Source: Amoebophrya sp. A120 (Eukaryota > Protista > Dinoflagellata). From it: a DNA stretch of 64,000 bases. The translations under genes were made by a program, and so were the position numbers. The stretch is from NCBI GenBank assembly GCA_905178155.1, contig CAJINV010000012.1, positions 243,271 to 307,270 of the forward strand. Direction: 5' to 3'. Below the pieces are notes generated by a model, which was not told the origin of the DNA, searched no databases, and worked only from the letters and a program-made list of their open reading frames with translations. This document shows positions 57,601 to 64,000 of the stretch, in pieces. The stretch's first letter is position 1. Every line of letters begins with the position of its first letter.

Positions 57601-60012
57601 AACAGCATTACAAACTTCATTTGTAATGCTGAGGAGCTAATTTGTGATGCAATTTATACTACGTACGATACCTTTGCACTTCATACCTTCACATTTCGTG
57701 ACGTCACCACACCGGGATCTTTGAAGCTGGCCATAACCGTATGCAACTCGAAAAGTAGTTTCTCCTTGTCCTAAGTCTACCAAACCATGTCATGCTCACG
57801 TGTAACGTACTCTGTCATGCATAACTTACATGCAGGCATAGGCATATCCGACTATTCGCTTTAGCGTTTGCTATGCAAGAACTACACGTCTAGCATGGAA
57901 TTTCGGACAAGAGAGAAACTCTGATCCTCTGTTCCGAGCATACCCGAAATAGTAGATGCAGATCAAGAAAGCGGCAAATCCACTGTATATCAAAATGAAA
58001 TAGTAAAATTACAAGCGATTAAATTTGCAACCTTACCTACTTCAGCAGTTTGCTGCTGCGCGTGTAATTCGACAGAATTCAGATTCACATTTCTTGGCTT
58101 CGTGCGTGTAGAATGCACAAGGTCATTTTCTACTTTTTGTTTCACGCAACACAATATGATCTCATTACATTTTCTGTAGGCGCTTTGGCTTTGCATCACA
58201 ATGTGCTGGTTGTCTACTGTATTACATACTAGGCTGTAAATGAACTTTTTTCATTTTGATATCGTACTTGTGGTGTTCGCCGATGTACCTAAAATTTTTA
58301 CTTCGCGTTGCGCATTGATGTATTTATCTGCGCATAGCTCATCGAAACAAACATCGCCCTGGTACTTACTGAAGTTGAAAGCACGCCCCTCCGGCAACGA
58401 AAATTTCATTTCGATCCAAGCGCACTGCTCTTACAGCGACTGCGACAAAAAGGAAAATATTAGTACTTGTTTGGCCGTATGCTGCAGAAAACGAGCAATT
58501 GATATTGCTGAGTCCTTTATTGTTCGGTAACGTTACTCGCGAGGATATTCTAAGACCAAGCATACCGTCCGTGAATAAAGTTTGCCCCGATGGGTTTCTG
58601 TCTTGGTTTCTGTTATTTTGTAGTAATTTTGGGAGCGCGCTACCTTTATGCTCCCGGGGGATGCGTCTTCTCTACAAACTGGTGGGGAACACGGCACGAG
58701 TGCGTGTTTTGCCCGTGCGGGTCGTGCTATTGACATCAATTGCTGATTCTTCTTGGATACGGATTTCCGGGTGTGCGTGCAACGTGACAAGTGTCCAGGG
58801 TAAAAGGGATCGGTCTACGGCGGGTTAGGTTGCGGGTGCTATGTCACAGCAGCACAAAGTATAAAACACATTAAGCACAATGCCGTCCGTCATCACCGTG
58901 AGCATGACAAAAATTGTCCCTGAGGAAGCAAACAAATTGCGCATAAGAAATTGGTGATTCTCGCGCGCCAATTAAGTACAATCTATCGCCGCGACGATCG
59001 GACCGCTTCCATCGATAGAAATGAAGTAGCCGCAGCAAGTATCAGACGGGAAATGTCCTGCTTCGACTTCTCCTATGAACTTGATCGTGTTCTGTGCATT
59101 CCGAAAAGCATGTTGAAGTTGTCATGCTAAATTTCATGAATCTTTGCTGTACTGTGTACTTATAAGTACGAAAGGAGAAGGCGAAGGCGTTGCCGATTGT
59201 AACATATTATCCCAAGGTAAAAGATCTGCACCAGCGGGTTGTTTTGCCATACCTGAAGTTTATTTTGCCAAACAGTTCGGCGTGGACAAGTCAATTTCGC
59301 TGCAAAAGACTTCACTGTCACGACATTTATCCTTCATATGTTATTTGTTTTTCAAAAATGACCCGCACATAATTCTAAACCCGCGTACCACGTAGCGTTA
59401 TTCTGCGGAAGCTTTCTGAACCACGCTCGCTGATACTCGTCCCAGAAGGAGCCTTTGCGCAGGCCTAGAAGAGACGCGCAAAGATCTCACCTATGCTTTT
59501 TACCACAACAGTAGATCATATGCATCTTTGAGCAATTCATTCGTCTTCAAAGAATGGCGCTGCTAGTGGTGCAACGCGTTCTTCTGGGACAATGCGCCCT
59601 TGATTCAGAAAGTGTTCTTTCCCAGCATAGATTCCAGCAGCCGCGCACTGCATTCTCGCCCCGCTGTCCGCAGAGTGTTGTTGCGACCGCTATTACCGCC
59701 TTGGGGACGGCCTTATGCACTGCAAAAGCATCCTCGCACTGGTGGCAGCATCTACAACCTTCTGTTTTTCTACAATACAATAATGCAACCTGTCATGCTA
59801 TACTAACTCAGGGACGACCACGTACTATAGATTTGTCGAGCATGATCCCGGTTAGCATTAGTACGAGTACGACACTTTTACTCCAGTTGATACGTCTGCA
59901 CGAAAAACCGCCAGCTCTTGTCAAAAAAGGAGTTTCCCTCCGGCTTGCCCTTCAGGAAGACAGCAGCGCCGAAGGTGATAATCAGTACGTAGGCGATGAG
60001 GAGGTAGATCAT
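54667..60012 (-). CDS. DHHC palmitoyltransferase, ZDHHC4/SWF1-like; some internal exons unresolved
   Basis: Spliced: MIYLLIAYVLIITFG...; FKDPGVVT...[44 protein letters not shown]; TTSxE; NTYNKGFWKNWRLVVFP (PaCCT-like); ends KKAR-stop. Confidence 0.9.
54855..55091. mobile_element. Introner, family F
   Basis: tatggagctctcaagcgttac...gtaacgtttgagaacgccata; DR aataa. Confidence 0.9.
55190..55444. mobile_element. Introner, diverged family B
   Basis: tatccgacgcaaat...atttgcaacgcata; flanks caggg/aaggt. Confidence 0.8.
55508..55754. mobile_element. Introner, family F
   Basis: DR tccgt/cccgt. Confidence 0.85.
55790..56034. mobile_element. Introner, family A-like
   Basis: tatgcattgcaaaag...tttttgcacaggata; flanks tctgc/taggc. 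Confidence 0.8.
56131..56295. mobile_element. Introner, family A
   Basis: tatgctttgcaaaagtatc...gatacttttgcaatccata; flanks tgatg/gactg. Confidence 0.85.
57057..57210. mobile_element. Introner, family A, directly after the catalytic DHHC Cys codon
   Basis: catcctctgcaaaagcat...atgcttttgcaattcata; flanks tgtgg/tgcag. Confidence 0.85.
57250..57419. mobile_element. Highly decayed introner
   Basis: tatgggaggaag...cttctcata; removal + 5 nt gives KHCSLCNHC. Confidence 0.75.
57532..57685. mobile_element. Introner, family A
   Basis: DR ccttc. Confidence 0.9.
59714..59892. mobile_element. Introner, family A-like
   Basis: tatgcactgcaaaag...cttttactccagttgata; flanks ggcct/cgtct. Confidence 0.75.
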
Positions 60013-62949
60013 CTTCTTGCTTCGAACGATTTTTCGGAGACAATGACGTAGCAGGAGGTGATATTTGTCTTCTTCTCGTTATTTCCGGCGGTTCGGTGCA
60101 GTTCCGCGTTTTAGCTCGTGGATCGCTGGTCCGTCGACCACGTTGTGGTCCTTCTTGGGTCTTCACTTTAAGCGCTCGTGACCAGCAGGACGACTTGCGG
60201 CACAACAACTACTCACTGGTTGTTCGCGTGCAATGTTGTTGACAGGAGCTCGTCGTGTGGGGGTGTTCTTTGCAACCAGAAGCTGGGCTATTGTAGGAGC
60301 TGCTCCTGTTGACCACGTAGAATTTTTGCACGCAGATTTTTTCGACGCAGGTCCTGGCGGGACGACCTCGTCCAGTAGCCTCTGGTGCACACTCAACGGC
60401 AGTTAAAATCAAAATCTAATCATGCTGCAGGTGCGGCTCGTGTCCTTTTTCACTTGCTGCGCCGCGCCAAATTAATTGATAAATGCTGCGTATTTGCTGC
60501 GTTCGCCCATGCGGCGATTACGATTTCGCTTTCTACTGCTTTCCCGCCGTCGTGGATGTAGTAGCAGTTGGTTTGGTGGCTACAACTACGTTATGTGTGG
60601 TGGAATCCGCGGGAGCCGTCGCAACTGGAACCCTAGAGGCCCTCTGTCATCACGTGTAGTTGTCCTACCTGCCGCGCCGTCCCGGTATCCAAGTGTAGTC
60701 TCGAAAGTGTGGTTTCCGCTTCAACTACATTCAGGTATCGTGCCGCCCCGTCGCTGCGTCTCCTGTCGAGACGATTACTAAAACTGCTTCTTCACGATGG
60801 GTGGCGAGCCAACACGAGGCACCAGCGAGGTTTTCTGGTGGTTCGCGGCAAAAATATTCACAGAGAAGCCTCGGCGCTATAATCCTTGTCGTCCTTTACA
60901 GCGATGAAGCATCAAAGGGAATCAATTTGTATGCAATGCTGGCGAAGGCCACATTTTTCTGTACTTCAACAATTTTGGGAAAGAGAATTCTGAGTATGAC
61001 TAGTGCCACAATTTCTCATAGAGAGGAAGGTAAATTGTAGTAAACACCGAGCACAACTGGGAAAATGACGTGAAAGTGAAGACTAAAACCTAATACTAAG
61101 TGCGAGGATACGTGAAAGTCAAAACCTTTATCTTTGAGAATATGAATGTTTCAACAACATCAAGATTGCAGGGTGCATTTGGTAGTCCGCAAAAGTGATA
61201 TATACTAGTTGCATATTTATTCGTCACGACAGATGTATCCCTGCTCCTTCATGCTACTGTGTCCATGCTGACGAGCACGAAAAATGTGCAGCCAACGACG
61301 TCATCTCACTGTATACGTTAAAATTGACCGCACTACGATCGAAAATCCACTTCAAGATCACGTGCCACGGATCACAAGAAAAAACAAGTTTAGCACTCTT
61401 GCAGGCCACCCTTTGCTGCAACAGCGACGAAAAACCACAAGATGAACGGTTGCAAAATCCAAGGAAACTGAAAACAACGAAAAGCAAAATCAAAAGATCC
61501 TCGAGTGCTGGAACAAAGTGGTCAGATCTATCACTTCGAGAGCAATAACACGAGTGTTGCGTAGAACAAGATGGGCAGTAACGTTATGATGCTGGGCATT
61601 TAAGGCTGTGCTCGGTATCCGAGGTTCTTGTTGCATCGTCGAGTTCGATGACTACATAAAGCTGCTCAAACATCCAAGGTACATTAGACACGGTCGTGAC
61701 ACCAGTTAGACCTCGTTCTTCCAACACTTTGGTTCATTTATTCGAAGCGAAGCAGGCTATCATGGCAAATCAATTTCTTATGGTACATTCTTGGATACTA
61801 CTAGACGCACGAGGAACTACGGGCGGTGCTCGACTTCTACATGATTGGCTCAATTTGTCTTTCAGCGTAATAAAACGCGGCCAATGTTGACTAATTTCCG
61901 TGCCTATGCACCTCTTGCGAGCTGCTTCTAGAAAGTGCGGCTGCGAAGAACGCCGCGAGCGCGACCCGTAGGTAGCTGAAAAGATAAATAATTCGTGAAA
62001 GTTGAAAGGCATAATCTTCTATTAAGGATTTTTGCTACTCCGCCTCGTGCTTTGCGTATTTTTTGCCTAGTTTGTCCATGTGTTTTTGCTCTTGTTTTTT
62101 CTTTTGCGTATCTATGAATTCAAAAAAAACTGTTTTGCTTAAATGTTTTTCTCAAGTACAAGTAGCAGTGATCGCTCGCTCCGTCGACCGACGATCGTGT
62201 TGATTTTTCTACTCAGTCCGGGATGCCCATGGCCGGCGCTGCATAGTCGTAGTCCGGGGCGGGGTGGTACGCGAAAGTGTGGAAATAAAGCTGCATTTGT
62301 ACATCCAACAATGTTTGAGCTTGAATTTGGTGTTATCAAAACGGCCTGATTCCGTCGTTGAATCAATTTATCGCCCAAGTCACGCATTACAAACTCCCGA
62401 TATTAGTTTTCCAACACGCATGACAAATGAGTTCATTTCCTTATCCGCCGAAAGTGGAGTAGTTTCCGCTCTGCAGGAACGCGCCGTAAAGTATTGCCAG
62501 CATCGTTAGCAAAGGTATGAGCTTGTAAAAATCACTGTCATGCCTACTTTGTCGGAATCTTCGCATTCGCTTGTGCGCGTTCAGAAAATAAGTGCGGTGT
62601 GAGAGCATTCATGCACTTTGTGTCTGCGAAAAAAATTCAGAAGATGTCTTTCTTGATCGTGAAGGCTACGTTTCTGCATGACAAACTCGTAAGTTTATGT
62701 TTTGCCACAAAGGAGGACACCGGGTAACAGTGACAGAAAGAACGCCTAGGTTTCTGGTGCATAATCACGACTATCACCGCTGCTGCGTCCCACATGAGGA
62801 TGCTCCACCTGTTTTTTTTGCAGTCTGACTTTGCTGGTTCCAAAACTACAACTAGCGTAGAATTTGTCATGCATATAATTCTCCAGGGGTAGAGGATCGG
62901 GTAGATTTGTCATGCAGATCCAGATGATATGCAAAAAAGGAAAAACCAA

Positions 62950-63440
62950 AAGTACATGACTCCATCCTGGACAAAGCCCTGCTCTGCCGCGCTGCCCGAA
63001 TACGCGGAAACAAAATTCTTCTTCTTCTGGATCTGCTTGGTGGTTTTCTCCAGCGCAGCCAGCTTTGACATGAGGTCGGCCTTTTCTCGCTCGGATTTGT
63101 GGACCTCCTTTTTCAGGCGTTCGACCTGTGAAAGTTTTTTTGGACGTCGTGCATCAGCATCACAAGTTTTGACTTTTAGACTCGGCCCTGCTCATGCAGC
63201 CGATGTTGCATCATAATAGATTTTTGTGTATTGGTGTTTCGCATAGATCATGAACACAGACCTCCAGAGAAACAAAATCATACCACTATTATCGCCTCCT
63301 TTGTTGTTTCGGATTCGTGTTTCTGCCTCAGGCGACTCAGTTCCTCTTCAAACGCCAAGGAAAATTCTCGTTCCAGGTTTTGTATGCGTTCGCGCTCGTT
63401 GACCAACTCCACTCGCATCTTTTCAAACAGAATAGAATGG
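62950..63440 (-). CDS. Internal exons of a coiled-coil protein; gene limits unresolved
   Basis: Minus-strand frames FEKMRVELVNERERIQNLEREFSLAFEEELSRLRQKHE and RRLKKEVHKSEREKADLMSKLAALEKTTKQIQ, flanked by GCATGACAAA-containing intron-like DNA. Confidence 0.45.
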
Positions 63441-64000
63441 AAAAAACGTCGAATCCAACCACGCTTGTATTCAGTCGCAGTTTGTCATGCAGATCATGCA
63501 AGAAATAAAGTCGTCTGCAAAAAAATGAACATAGAAAGGAAGACCATGCGGCTGCAGCTCTCCGTGGCACGAATTGCTTACACAACAGGAAGAACATGAC
63601 AAGATTAAAACAGTGAGACATCCACCTGCTGAGTCATGGCATATGACAAGCATAAGTTGATTCGAAATGTCCCTTGTTTCATACTCTGTGCCGCTAGTCG
63701 TTGTGTTTCGAGGGACCGCAACCGTTCGGACTCCTTGAGCTCCGTTCGAAGCTTGGTGCACTGGTTTTCCACCTAGAAGTAAAAAAAGAGACGATTGATT
63801 TTTTGCGGACCAAAAGAGTTCAGGTGCCCTCTAAAAGTGCCGAAATAAAGCAGAATCTTCAGAAACACTATATCGTTCGTCCACATCCCAGACTCCATCT
63901 GCGATGCATACGCTCGGCGTCCTCGCTACATGGCATGCGAGACCCTAACTGTGATGATAAAAAGGAAAGATCCACTTATCCTATACCACTATCCTGGCCT

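Overview
Eukaryotic genomic DNA. The architecture matches the syndinian dinoflagellate parasite Amoebophrya (inference from its non-canonical introner elements, no database search). All recognisable genes are on the minus strand: a JMJD8-like JmjC protein, a Q/G/P-rich type I membrane protein with a coiled-coil tail, a pepsin-family aspartic protease, selenoprotein O with an in-frame UGA, a possible DxD glycosyltransferase-like gene, a RING/TRAF zinc-finger protein, a ZDHHC4/SWF1-like palmitoyltransferase and a coiled-coil gene. I delimited 51 MITE-like introners (TAT...ATA termini, terminal inverted repeats, 5-nt direct repeats, shared GCATKACAAA boxes); at every junction I could translate in a recognisable gene, removal restores the frame and conserved motifs without GT-AG. 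Main points: (1) a sequence-independent 5-nt splice register that survives complete decay of the downstream direct repeat; (2) the same families occur in both orientations; (3) introners nested in introners; (4) an 8.9-kb Helitron-like element full of satellites inserted inside a ~150-nt introner. All gene models were spliced by eye, and start codons and some exons are uncertain.
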